In this document: piece by piece, positions 48,669 through 58,415 of the stretch
How positions within the stretch are numbered: the first letter of the stretch is position 1
How the letters are laid out: the number at the start of each line of letters is the position of its first letter
Notes under the pieces: generated by a model
Seen by the model: only the letters and a program-made list of their open reading frames with translations
Told to the model about the DNA's origin: nothing
Database searches by the model: none
From: Spirochaetia bacterium
GTDB lineage: Bacteria; Spirochaetota; Spirochaetia; UBA9216
Reading direction: 5' to 3'
Length of the DNA: 64,000 nucleotides
Assembly (NCBI GenBank): GCA_965140585.1
Contig: OZ223270.1
Location: 128,001-192,000 of the forward strand
Made by a program: the position numbers and the translations under genes

Positions 48669-49907
48669 ATGAATGCGCCGAGATTGTCTGCATTTTTTTT
48701 CAGTTTAGCCTTACTTCTTGCCTACCCTGCTTCAGCATCCGGAGCTGATAATTCCGGAACCCTCATCATCAAAAACAGAGAACTTACCAGGGTTATAGTC
48801 TCCACCGACAACATCACCGACAAGGGGCTTGCTCTTTTACTAAACGGAACAGGCGAACTGAAGGCTGTCTCAGAAAGTCAGTCATATACCGCCTCTTTTT
48901 CCTCGGGCAGCAGGCCGGTAAAAATCTCACTGTACCCCTCTCTGCTGGGATTTTTCCCTGATAACGTTGAGATACAGAGCTCCGGTACAGAGTTTGATCT
49001 GCTCTCATCAGAGGTATTCGATATTGACGGTGAAACACCGCTGGATGCCGATATTGGCCATATAATTTTCTCGGATTTTTCTCCGCGCGGGGGACATGAC
49101 TGGGAAGTGTACCGCTGGAACCTCTACCCGGACATACTGATTTTCGATACCGAGAACTATGAAGCACAGGCAAGACTCTTTAAGAGGCTTGCATTCTTCG
49201 TTGAAAAGCCGGGTTTCGTGGGAACCATTGTATCAAACGAGGGTCTCGAAGGCCGTCACGGCTGGAATGCACATGATTACCGGCCCGAAGATCTGGCCGA
49301 TTTTTTCAACAAGGCTATGGAAACACCGGAGATACTGAACACCGAAGAGATATACCTCCGCGACCTGCTTGTATCCGAAGGTATTTTGATAGATTTGAAT
49401 GGAACATACAGAGCAGGAAAGGGAGCTGTGCTGTCAGTTTCAAGGGAATCACTGCCTGACTGGCGCTACCGTTTTTTAACTCATGAATGTCTGCACGGAA
49501 TTTTCTTTACCGATCCTGATTTCAGGGCGCAGTCAGAGAGGATTTTCTTCAGCATGCAGCCGGATGAAATTACCTTCTGGAAAAAACTTCTGGATTACCG
49601 TGGATACGACGTGAGCAATGACTACCTGCTGGTAAACGAGTTTATGGCTTACATACTGCAGCAACCCTTTGAGGATATCAACGACTATTTTAAAACCTTT
49701 CTCTATGTACGCATGACCGCGGCCAGACCCTATGAAACAGGTTTTGTCGAAACTTTTGAAAGGAACTATCCGGATTCTTTTATCAATTCAACCGAAAACA
49801 TGTCCGCTCTGCTGTACAGCAAATGCGGGAGGACAAGCGGCCACCTATCCAATCTAATCCCGGACAGCATGGGGGATGGTTTCTTCAATTTGTTTCCGGT
49901 ATACTGA
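48669..49907 (+). CDS. Secreted hypothetical protein with HExxH motif
   Basis: Signal peptide; THECLHG with downstream NEFMAY. Confidence 0.7.
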   Translation: MNAPRLSAFFFSLALLLAYPASASGADNSGTLIIKNRELTRVIVSTDNITDKGLALLLNGTGELKAVSESQSYTASFSSGSRPVKISLYPSLLGFFPDNVEIQSSGTEFDLLSSEVFDIDGETPLDADIGHIIFSDFSPRGGHDWEVYRWNLYPDILIFDTENYEAQARLFKRLAFFVEKPGFVGTIVSNEGLEGRHGWNAHDYRPEDLADFFNKAMETPEILNTEEIYLRDLLVSEGILIDLNGTYRAGKGAVLSVSRESLPDWRYRFLTHECLHGIFFTDPDFRAQSERIFFSMQPDEITFWKKLLDYRGYDVSNDYLLVNEFMAYILQQPFEDINDYFKTFLYVRMTAARPYETGFVETFERNYPDSFINSTENMSALLYSKCGRTSGHLSNLIPDSMGDGFFNLFPVY

Positions 49908-50003
49908 TACAGCAATAGTGTTAAAAAAAAGTAAAAAGATTGAATTTCGAAATTATCGGGAATATAATTACGACCTAATCTGTCAATCTGGAGATAGCTG
50001 ATA

Positions 50004-50939
50004 ATGTCTGCACCAAAAAAATGGATACCGGCCCGCAAAAGTCATCTGCTCTACTATGATGATATTCCGCTGTATTACCGAACACCAAGCGGAAATATAA
50101 CATTGTACAAGCCGGCAGGAATGTCGTTTACCCACGAAAGCCTGGAAAGAAAATATGCAATCGACGAGTTCTTCATACATCCCGACAACAGACTGGAAAG
50201 TATTGAAGCAGCTCAGCGCGGATTTCAAAAGAAACTTGAAACAACCAAAGACATCACAACAGTAAAGGATTCCCTTGTTGATCTTGTAGAGGAAACACTG
50301 GCAGCCCCAAGGGCCGGAGGTCTTAAACGGGCTCCGAATACGGTTAACCATCTTATCGATGGATTTTCATTACAGCCCAATGTCCTCAAGAATTTCGCAA
50401 GAATGTCCTTCAACGACTACACAACCGCCCTGCATTCAGTCAATGTTATGGCTCTGACAGTGGGATACTGTTACTACATTTCGCTTACAGAAGAGGAAAC
50501 CAAAAAACTCGGCCTGGCAGCCCTGCTTCATGATGTTGGAAAGACCGAGGTTCCGAATTACATCCTCAAGGCCAGCCGAAGACTCACTGATGAGGAATTT
50601 GACAAGATAAAATCTCATACGACTCTCGGCTTTGAGATCCTTCAGCTTTATTCGGATGAGGATTTCTCCGAGATAGCACTTGCCAGCAAGGAGCACCATG
50701 AAAAGCTGGACGGCTCCGGGTATCCTGAAGGAAAAACCGACATATCATATATGGGAAGGGTTCTGGCTATTATCGATTGTTATGAAGCTATTACCAATGA
50801 CGACAGGCCTTACAGGACAGCGCTGAGCCCGCTTAACGCGCTTGAGCTGATAAAGAAGGATGTTGATCAGGGAAAACTTGACAGAGCCATATTCAAGGAT
50901 TTTGCCTACAGCCTTACGAACTTTAAAAATAAGGCTTAA
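50004..50939 (+). CDS. HD-GYP domain protein (putative c-di-GMP phosphodiesterase)
   Basis: LLHDVGK, HHEKLDGSGYP, RPYR. Confidence 0.9.
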   Translation: MSAPKKWIPARKSHLLYYDDIPLYYRTPSGNITLYKPAGMSFTHESLERKYAIDEFFIHPDNRLESIEAAQRGFQKKLETTKDITTVKDSLVDLVEETLAAPRAGGLKRAPNTVNHLIDGFSLQPNVLKNFARMSFNDYTTALHSVNVMALTVGYCYYISLTEEETKKLGLAALLHDVGKTEVPNYILKASRRLTDEEFDKIKSHTTLGFEILQLYSDEDFSEIALASKEHHEKLDGSGYPEGKTDISYMGRVLAIIDCYEAITNDDRPYRTALSPLNALELIKKDVDQGKLDRAIFKDFAYSLTNFKNKA

Positions 50940-50950
50940 AAATAAAAAAA

Positions 50951-50979
50951 GGGGGGGCAGCCGCAAAAAAGCTGCCCCC
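50951..50979. terminator. Probable terminator between convergent genes
   Basis: GGGGGCAGC...GCTGCCCCC stem with an A-tract on the left. Confidence 0.7.
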
Positions 50980-50986
50980 TGATATT

Positions 50987-51433
50987 CTAAAATGCGCCCA
51001 GCTGGCAGCTGTGTATCTTTATCGACATCAAATCACAGACAGCCGCAGCCTGAGCCTTGGTAGAGCCGGCTTTTTCCGCAGCCGTCCAGAGAGTACGGCA
51101 GCTGATACCGCCGTTCCGCGAGTCCTCCTCAATTATTTCTTTGAGTACATCCACATCATCCTCAGAAGGCAGGGTTTTATCGACCTCATCCTTATCTTTG
51201 CCGAACAGTCCAAGCTGACAGCCTATGATTCTGATCTCAAGAAGATCCATGTTCCTGCCGGTTTCAGCCGGGCTCACACCCAGTTCCGACGCAATCCGGT
51301 GGGCTGTAGTACAGCTTAACCGTCCATTTTCGGCTTCTGCCTTCAGCACTTCAGCAATCCGCTCATTCAAGGCTGATTTGTCCGGATGTTTTCCGGCGTA
51401 ATTTCCTTCGTCCTGATGCATTTCATCCTCCAT
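50987..51433 (-). CDS. Hypothetical protein with internally duplicated Cys-containing domain
   Basis: Two repeats ending in CQLGLF / CQLGAF. Confidence 0.7.
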   Translation of the reverse strand: MEDEMHQDEGNYAGKHPDKSALNERIAEVLKAEAENGRLSCTTAHRIASELGVSPAETGRNMDLLEIRIIGCQLGLFGKDKDEVDKTLPSEDDVDVLKEIIEEDSRNGGISCRTLWTAAEKAGSTKAQAAAVCDLMSIKIHSCQLGAF

Positions 51434-51434
51434 G

Positions 51435-54400
51435 TCAGAGATCCCAGCTGTTTTCAACGAAACTGCCTTCTTCTCCGTTTTTAGTTACTGTAATGAATGT
51501 ATCTATTTCCTGTTTAAGCTCCTGTACGTGTGAAATCACACCTACGGTTCTGTTTTCATGTTTAAGTGATTTAAGGCTGTCAAAGACAAGTTCAAGAGAC
51601 TCCCTGTCCAGAGAACCGAAGCCCTCATCGAGAAAGAAGAACTCAGCCTTTCCCTTCTCCATGTTGTCGGCAAGAGCGAGTGCAAGGGAAAATGCCGCCT
51701 GAAAAGTCTGTCCGCCGGAAAGGGTCTTTACTGATCTTGTTTTTCCGTCATTGAGATAGTCCCGTATGATGAAGTTATTTGATTCATCAAGCTCAATCCG
51801 AAGTGATTCACGTGTCAGTATACGAAAGCGGCTGTTTGCAGAGTTACAGAGTTCCTTGAGGTAGACTGTCGCAACATAATCGACAAACTTGTTTCCCTGA
51901 AGCATAAACTTCAGCAATTTCAGATTTTCAGCCCTGGTATCAAGCTCCTTTTTCTGCTTCAAAAGCTCAGTCTTTTTTTCAAGATCGGCAGCAGCCCTTT
52001 TAAGCTCGGATTCATAACGCCCCGCATCACCTGACAGCCTCTGAACCTCCTGCTTCAGTTGAGTATTACGCATTTTTTCGGCCTGAAAGGCATCCTCATC
52101 AAAGCTTTCTCCCAGGGTAAGTTCTTTAAGATGCGCAATCCTTGCCGAAACCTCTTGAAAGGCTTTCTCAAATTCCTGAACCCGGCTTCGAATTACCTCT
52201 ATTTCAGAAGCGCGGCTTAGAATTGCAGAAACCTCTTCGATTGAATCGGCCTTTTTCTCTTCAAGCATTTCATTTATCTTCTTTCTGAGTTCCGATATTG
52301 CAGCCTCTGTTTCAGAGAGCCTGGCCGACAGTTCTGATTTTTTGGAGTCAAGCCCGGCAGCAAGGGCCGTCAGTGATTCACGTTTTTCAGAAAGCCTCAT
52401 GTAATTATCCGAAATATTTTTTATGTTTTCATCATTTTCTCTCTGCAGCTTCTGAAGCACTTCCGTTCCGGAAGCGGAATGCACTTTTATGAAACCGGAA
52501 TCAATTCTTTCTTCGATACTTTCAATTCGGGCTGCTATTGCTGACCGGCTGTTCCTGAGCTCGGCAAGTTTTCCTGCGGCAGTCTCAGTTGCGAAACGAA
52601 GTTTCTCCATGTCAGCATTAATCCCGGACTGCGCACGTCTGATATCTTCCGTCCGTTTCTGATTATCAAGAAACCTGCGGTATTCCTGCCGGAAACCATC
52701 AGGATCAGAAGAATCGAACCTGTCGGAACTGAATGAAGCTTCAAAATCAAGGATAGCTGCCGATGCAGCAGCTGCTTCCCCGCGGCATTCGGCCGCAGAG
52801 GTCTCTGCAGATCGGAGGGAAGCACTCAGAGCTGTCAACTCAGTTTTAAGCCTTTCAAGAGCCGCTTTTCGCCTGCTCAGGGAATCTGCGGCTCCGGTCA
52901 GGGTATCTCCTCCGGATTGGGAGATTCCGGCGGGTGCCGGATGTTCGGTAGAACCGCAGAGTGGACAGGGTTTACCATCCTGAAGAGATGAACTGAGTCT
53001 TGCCATCTCATTCCGGACAGCCTCTTCTTTCTGCTTCTCCCGCAGAGCAAGATCCTCCCTGGACAGCCTCTCCTCAGCATCGGAGACAGCAGACAGCGCC
53101 TCATCTACTGAATGGATATCCGGAAATTTAAAGCCGGAGTTCTCAGCAGCTTCCCCGGAAATCATATGAAAAAACTCATCTTCATTCTGTTTCTGCCGAT
53201 TTACAACCGCAGCCAGTCTTTCAAGCACAGCTTTCTCAGTATCCTTAAGAGCATCCATCTTTGAATACCACTCAGAAAGACCGCTCATCTGCTCGGCAGT
53301 ACCGGACTGCTGCAGTCCTTCAAGTTCGCTGTTCAAATTATCAAGCTCAGATTTAAATGCAGCAATTTTTTCAGCTGATTCCGCCGGAAATTTCTCAGCT
53401 GTCGATATATTAGAATCAAGCTGTTTAAGTTCAGCCCTGAAGCTCTGAAGCTCCAGGAGACCCTTAACCCATTCCGTTTTCTTTTTATAGTCATCAAGCT
53501 GTTCGTACTGCGCTCCTGCTTTTTCAAAAGCGGTATTCAGCTCAATCCGTTCCGATGTAATTTTCTGTATTTCTTTCTCAGCTTCTGAAAGCTGGGCAGC
53601 AGACCGATTCTCTTGTTTTTCGAGGTATGCAAGACGCTCAAGATCCGATTTAAAATATTCAACATAGATCTGATAAGCGGAAATGAGCTTTTTTTCTTCA
53701 TTGATATCAGAAGCTCTGGAGTCGAGCTCCTTTTTCTGAATCTCGTATCCCGAGAGCTCTGCGAAGCGTTCGGCCAGGCCCTTCATGCGCTCAAAGGCTT
53801 CACTGCTTTTATTAAAATCAACCTGTGCTTTCTCCAGCAGAGCGATGTTCGCTTCAGCCTCTACCTTCAGTTTTTCCAAATCCTCTTTGGAGATACTCTC
53901 AAGGCCGCTGAGGGCACCGTCAATTCCAGCAGCTTCCTTGCTGGTGCGGGAAGCAAGTATAGAAGCTCTGCCGAAAAGGTCAAAGCGACCGAGGCTGAAA
54001 AGATCCTTGAGCATGCTGGTTCGCTCGTTTTTTCCCAGATGAAGAAACTCCTGAAACTGCCCCTGCGGAACAATCACCGCGCGGCGGAAGCTGTTGTAAT
54101 TCATTCCAAGGATGCCCTCAGCTGAAACTTCATTAGTTTTATCGAAAAGAGGAATCCAGCTACCATTATCATCTCGATAAGCCGACCGCTCCGGCGTTTC
54201 AATTTTATCGAAAGTCTTCTTATTTCTTTTAACATCGAAGGTAAACCGGTAACGGCAGCCTTCATGACCGAAAATAAAATCAATACTCATAGTAGACGAT
54301 CTGAGATTCATCATATTATAAGTTCGGTTAGGCTTATCAAGTCTTACAATCTCACCGTACAGGACGAAGGTTATCGCCTCAAGGATAGCCGACTTTCCGC

Positions 54401-54515
54401 TGCCGACACTTCCGAATATACCAAACAGATCAGCTTCGGTGAGCCTTGTAAAATCAATCTCAGTCCTGCTGCGGTAGGAGTAAACACCCTCAAGAATAAG
54501 TTTTTCAGGTCTCAT
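51435..54515 (-). CDS. sbcC: SbcC (Rad50-like) ATPase
   Basis: GSVGSGKS, VPQGQF, CPLCGS zinc hook, LSGGQ, FLDEGFGSLD. Confidence 0.95.
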   Translation of the reverse strand: MRPEKLILEGVYSYRSRTEIDFTRLTEADLFGIFGSVGSGKSAILEAITFVLYGEIVRLDKPNRTYNMMNLRSSTMSIDFIFGHEGCRYRFTFDVKRNKKTFDKIETPERSAYRDDNGSWIPLFDKTNEVSAEGILGMNYNSFRRAVIVPQGQFQEFLHLGKNERTSMLKDLFSLGRFDLFGRASILASRTSKEAAGIDGALSGLESISKEDLEKLKVEAEANIALLEKAQVDFNKSSEAFERMKGLAERFAELSGYEIQKKELDSRASDINEEKKLISAYQIYVEYFKSDLERLAYLEKQENRSAAQLSEAEKEIQKITSERIELNTAFEKAGAQYEQLDDYKKKTEWVKGLLELQSFRAELKQLDSNISTAEKFPAESAEKIAAFKSELDNLNSELEGLQQSGTAEQMSGLSEWYSKMDALKDTEKAVLERLAAVVNRQKQNEDEFFHMISGEAAENSGFKFPDIHSVDEALSAVSDAEERLSREDLALREKQKEEAVRNEMARLSSSLQDGKPCPLCGSTEHPAPAGISQSGGDTLTGAADSLSRRKAALERLKTELTALSASLRSAETSAAECRGEAAAASAAILDFEASFSSDRFDSSDPDGFRQEYRRFLDNQKRTEDIRRAQSGINADMEKLRFATETAAGKLAELRNSRSAIAARIESIEERIDSGFIKVHSASGTEVLQKLQRENDENIKNISDNYMRLSEKRESLTALAAGLDSKKSELSARLSETEAAISELRKKINEMLEEKKADSIEEVSAILSRASEIEVIRSRVQEFEKAFQEVSARIAHLKELTLGESFDEDAFQAEKMRNTQLKQEVQRLSGDAGRYESELKRAAADLEKKTELLKQKKELDTRAENLKLLKFMLQGNKFVDYVATVYLKELCNSANSRFRILTRESLRIELDESNNFIIRDYLNDGKTRSVKTLSGGQTFQAAFSLALALADNMEKGKAEFFFLDEGFGSLDRESLELVFDSLKSLKHENRTVGVISHVQELKQEIDTFITVTKNGEEGSFVENSWDL

Positions 54516-55772
54516 TCATCATCCTCCCCGAGCGCAGAAAGCTCACCAAAAAGCGTCATCAGTGCTTCATCTGGAGGACTTCCCTTCACTGCCTCAAAAT
54601 AGGATGAAAAAAGTTCCGGTACGGATTTACCAAGATCCGGAAGGCTTTCCGAAGACTGCGTGCCGATGCCTTCATCAATCTCAAGCTCAGGAATCAAAGC
54701 AGTAATACCCGGGTGCAGGCTGTACAGCATCTTCCGCTCATCGGCGCTTATCCATGACTCGCAGCGGACGATAAGCTCAACATAGCAGTCCTGGTTTTCC
54801 TTCAGCCAGGCTTCGGCTTCACTGATTCCGGGAAACCGCTTTCTGAGAATCCGCTTTCCCGATCTAACAGGGATTTTTTCAACCACGGCTTTTGCGCCGG
54901 GCTTAGCATCAATAAGTACAGCATACTTCTGCTGGTTTTCCTCGCTGAGTCCGAAAGCAAGCGGACTGCCTGAGTACACTGCAGGGGCTCCGGACGGCGT
55001 GTTAATCTCAGAGAAGCGATGAAGATGCCCGAGGGCTGTATACTGAATCTGCGGAGGCACCAGAGCGGCGTCAATCATTTCAAGCCCGCCGGGATGAAGG
55101 ATTGAACGCTCTCCCTCAGGTTCGGGATTCTCCGGCAGTTCTTCACTGAAAAGCGGTCCGATCTCCGAGCCTGCACTCATAAACAGGTGTGCTGCAAGAA
55201 TATTTACAGCCTTATCATCACAGGTACTTATCAGCAAGCTCCTTCCAGAGCTGTCCGAGAACCTCTGAAATTTTCTGTTCACGGTCTTCAGCACCGAGAT
55301 ATCTTCGAAGCCTGTTTTCATTCGCATAGGCTGTAGTAATGATCCGTGCCTTTTCACCGCCGGCAGTTTCTACTTCAAGGATTCCTCGATCGGGAAAGCT
55401 GATATGTGTTCCGCATTCGAGTACTGTCTCTTTTTTCTGCATCTCGGGGTAGCCCACAAAGAAAATACCGCATTCAGCGGCGAGGGGGTCCGGAGCCTCG
55501 ATGCGGTCTGGTGAATCATGGTTGCCCGCAATAGCAATTACCGGCCGTCTGCCGTCATCGGAAAGTTTTTTCAGCTCCCGGTAAAGCAGTTCGGCAGCTT
55601 CAACCGGAGGGTTAAAGGTATCAAAAAGATCACCTGCAACAATAACCAGCGATACATCATTCTGTTCCGCAATTTGCTTTATCTCTTCGAGGACCTCTTT
55701 CTGTTCATCTATCCTGCTGTAATCTCCAAGTCTGGCTCCGAGGTGCCAGTCCGACGTATGTAAAATCTTCAA
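54512..55772 (-). pseudogene. sbcD: SbcD (Mre11-like) nuclease split by a one-base frameshift near 55222
   Basis: HTSDWHLG, AGDLFD, GNHD in 55218-55772; ALGHLH, YSGSP in the next frame. Confidence 0.85.
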
Positions 55773-55798
55773 TAGGTGCTCCGGATTTTTTCAATTAG

Positions 55799-55947
55799 GG
55801 AAAATCAAAAATCGGGGATTTTTGATTTTCCGACCTTAATGTAAATGAAGAAAATTTTACAAGCTGAACTAAATCAGGAATTTGAATATTTATGTAAAAT
55901 TTTGCTTCTGAACATCTTTCAAAACTAACCAAGTCTTGAAAGATGTT
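55799..55947. repeat. Three-hairpin intergenic element, copy C
   Basis: Stems 55799-55831, 55847-55908, 55911-55947; core ACCTTAATGTAAA 55833-55845. Confidence 0.75.
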
Positions 55948-56032
55948 ACATTATACCTTTATTTTTTCCTTTCTGTGAATAAATGATTTATAAAGATGTA
56001 TTTATGGATGTCACAAAAATCGAGGTAATCAG

Positions 56033-56770
56033 ATGATAGAAATCAATGAAATCAGTAAAAGCTATTCAAAGGGCACGGTTAAAGCGGTCGACGGCCTGAA
56101 TCTCACAGTTGAACCGGGCCAGATTTTCGGTTTTCTCGGCCCCAACGGAGCAGGAAAATCAACAACAATTAAAATGCTTGCAGGCCTGCTGAACCCTGAC
56201 ATCGGAAAGCTTAAACTCTGCGGGATCGATATCGTGCAAAAACCCATTGAGGCAAAGAAGCTTATCGGATACGTACCGGATGAACCGGTATTCTATGACA
56301 AAATGAGCGGCCTAACCTTTCTCAAGTTCATTGCTGATATTTATGACTGCGATGAAAAACAGAGAGAAGCAGCCCTTGGCACAGCAGCTGAGTTCGGTCT
56401 AGAAGACAAGCTTTCCGAGCTAATCTCATCCTACTCTCACGGGATGAAGCAGAAACTTTCAATAACCGCAGCCCTCATGCATGAACCTGAAGTGTTTATA
56501 CTCGATGAGCCTATTTCAGGACTCGATCCCCAGTCGGCCTTCGTCTTAAAAACAAAAATGAGGGAACTCTGCGATCTGGGCAAAACGGTATTCTTCTCAA
56601 CCCATGTAATGGAAGTAGCCGAAAGAATCTGCGACCGGGTCGGAATAATTAGCCACGGAAAGATCAGGGCACTCGGCCGGATGGATGAGATTAAGACCGG
56701 AGCACAACCCGGCGATACTCTCGAAAAAATATTCCTGGAGCTTACAAATGAAAACAGCAGCACTGATTAA
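56033..56770 (+). CDS. ABC transporter ATP-binding protein
   Basis: GPNGAGKST, YSHGMKQK, LDEP. Confidence 0.92.
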   Translation: MIEINEISKSYSKGTVKAVDGLNLTVEPGQIFGFLGPNGAGKSTTIKMLAGLLNPDIGKLKLCGIDIVQKPIEAKKLIGYVPDEPVFYDKMSGLTFLKFIADIYDCDEKQREAALGTAAEFGLEDKLSELISSYSHGMKQKLSITAALMHEPEVFILDEPISGLDPQSAFVLKTKMRELCDLGKTVFFSTHVMEVAERICDRVGIISHGKIRALGRMDEIKTGAQPGDTLEKIFLELTNENSSTD

Positions 56771-58415
56771 AGCCAACATCCTCTCATCGGGTATGTTTTC
56801 AAAAGCATACTTCAGTCAGATGAAAGAAAAAGACAGGCTCTGGCTGATACCGATAGCCGGTCTTGGAATGCTCTCAGGCCTCGGAACATTCATGTTCATG
56901 CTGATAAGCAACTACCAGGCTATGCTGACAGCCGGAGTGATTGCCGGCAAACCCGAAACCGTACTTCTTGTTGCGTCGGCTGCAGCCTCATTCATGCTTT
57001 TCTTCGTATCAGTACCCATAGCGCTGTCGGTATTTTTCCAGTCGAAGGAAAACCGGCTGCTTTTAAGCCTGCCGATATCTATCTACGACATCATCATATC
57101 CAAATCAGCCTACATCTACATATTCACCCAGCCGATAAATCTATTTTTCTTCATACCCGCAGTAGTAGTATATCTGCAGTGGGCAGGGTCGGGCTTTATG
57201 CCGATTCTGGCAGCACTGTTCACCGTAATCTTACAGCCGCTTATCCCGATATGCATCGCAGCAGCGGCAGCGGCCCTGCTTTCGAAGCTGTCCGGAAGGG
57301 GTAAACACAAGAGCCTTCTGGAAATTGCGGGGATGCTGACAGGGGTTATCCTTATTGTCGCCATACAGACGCTATGGAGCCGCCAGTTGATGAACGGGGA
57401 CACTGCGGCCATTGCTGCCCTGCTTAACAGATATATCGGAATTCTTGAACAGGCCTTCTTCATTTCAAGGTTCGCAGCAGTTTCAATCGGTAACGGCAGC
57501 ATTATCTATGCACTGCTCCACGCGGCAACCTCAGCTGCTGTCTTCTGCGGTGTATTTCTTCTGATGAACAGGCTGATTCTTAACGCACTGCGAAGTGCGG
57601 GACAGACCGCGTCAGTACGGAAAAAGCGGCGCGCAGACAGCCGTTCGACCCAAAAGCACCACCTCCAGTTTCTGAAGAAGTCATCCCCCGGGGCGGCCTT
57701 AATGCTGCGAGAATGGAGAATACTCAGTTCTAACTCTACCTTTCTTTTTGAAGCGGCTGGAGAACTTCTTGTGCTGCCGATTATCCTGACAGTCTTCAGC
57801 TTTTCAATGCCCGATGAGTACATGAGCCAGATAATGCCGTTTTTCAACGGCTTCCCGGCCGCCCCTCTGCTGGTGTTTGCAGCGCTGGTACTTTTCAGCA
57901 CTATCAACAGCACCGCATCAACAAGCATCTCCCGTGAAGGAAGAAGTTTTACCCTCAGCAAGAGCATTCCGGTAAGCGGCAGAGAGCAGGTGCTGGCAAA
58001 GCTTTACTTTCAGCTGGTGCTGTTCTGCGGAAGCTGGTTTCTGAATATCATCATCATGTTTGCAATTTTCAGGTTCCCGGCCGCTCATCTGATTTATCTG
58101 CTGCCCGGGGGACCGGCATTCATCATGATTGGATTTGCCCTTGGACTGGGAATAGATCTATCACGGCCGGTACTCAATTGGGACAATCCCCAGCAGGCAA
58201 TAAAGCAGAACATGAATGTACTTGCAGGAATGGGGATGAGTCTGCTCCCGGCAATTGCAGGCGCAGCAGTGGGCGCAGGACTGTATTTCGCTGGCCTTCC
58301 GGTAGTGTTAATCGGGGTGGTAATAACCCTGGCGGCCGCAGCAGCAGCTATACTGCTGCTAAAAAGACTGCTTGGCACTGCAGACCGCCGCTATGCTGAG
58401 ATTATTCCCACCTGA
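56748..58415 (+). CDS. ABC transporter permease
   Basis: Polytopic membrane protein overlapping the ATPase gene; SISREG, PVLNWDNP. Confidence 0.8.
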   Translation: MKTAALIKANILSSGMFSKAYFSQMKEKDRLWLIPIAGLGMLSGLGTFMFMLISNYQAMLTAGVIAGKPETVLLVASAAASFMLFFVSVPIALSVFFQSKENRLLLSLPISIYDIIISKSAYIYIFTQPINLFFFIPAVVVYLQWAGSGFMPILAALFTVILQPLIPICIAAAAAALLSKLSGRGKHKSLLEIAGMLTGVILIVAIQTLWSRQLMNGDTAAIAALLNRYIGILEQAFFISRFAAVSIGNGSIIYALLHAATSAAVFCGVFLLMNRLILNALRSAGQTASVRKKRRADSRSTQKHHLQFLKKSSPGAALMLREWRILSSNSTFLFEAAGELLVLPIILTVFSFSMPDEYMSQIMPFFNGFPAAPLLVFAALVLFSTINSTASTSISREGRSFTLSKSIPVSGREQVLAKLYFQLVLFCGSWFLNIIIMFAIFRFPAAHLIYLLPGGPAFIMIGFALGLGIDLSRPVLNWDNPQQAIKQNMNVLAGMGMSLLPAIAGAAVGAGLYFAGLPVVLIGVVITLAAAAAAILLLKRLLGTADRRYAEIIPT

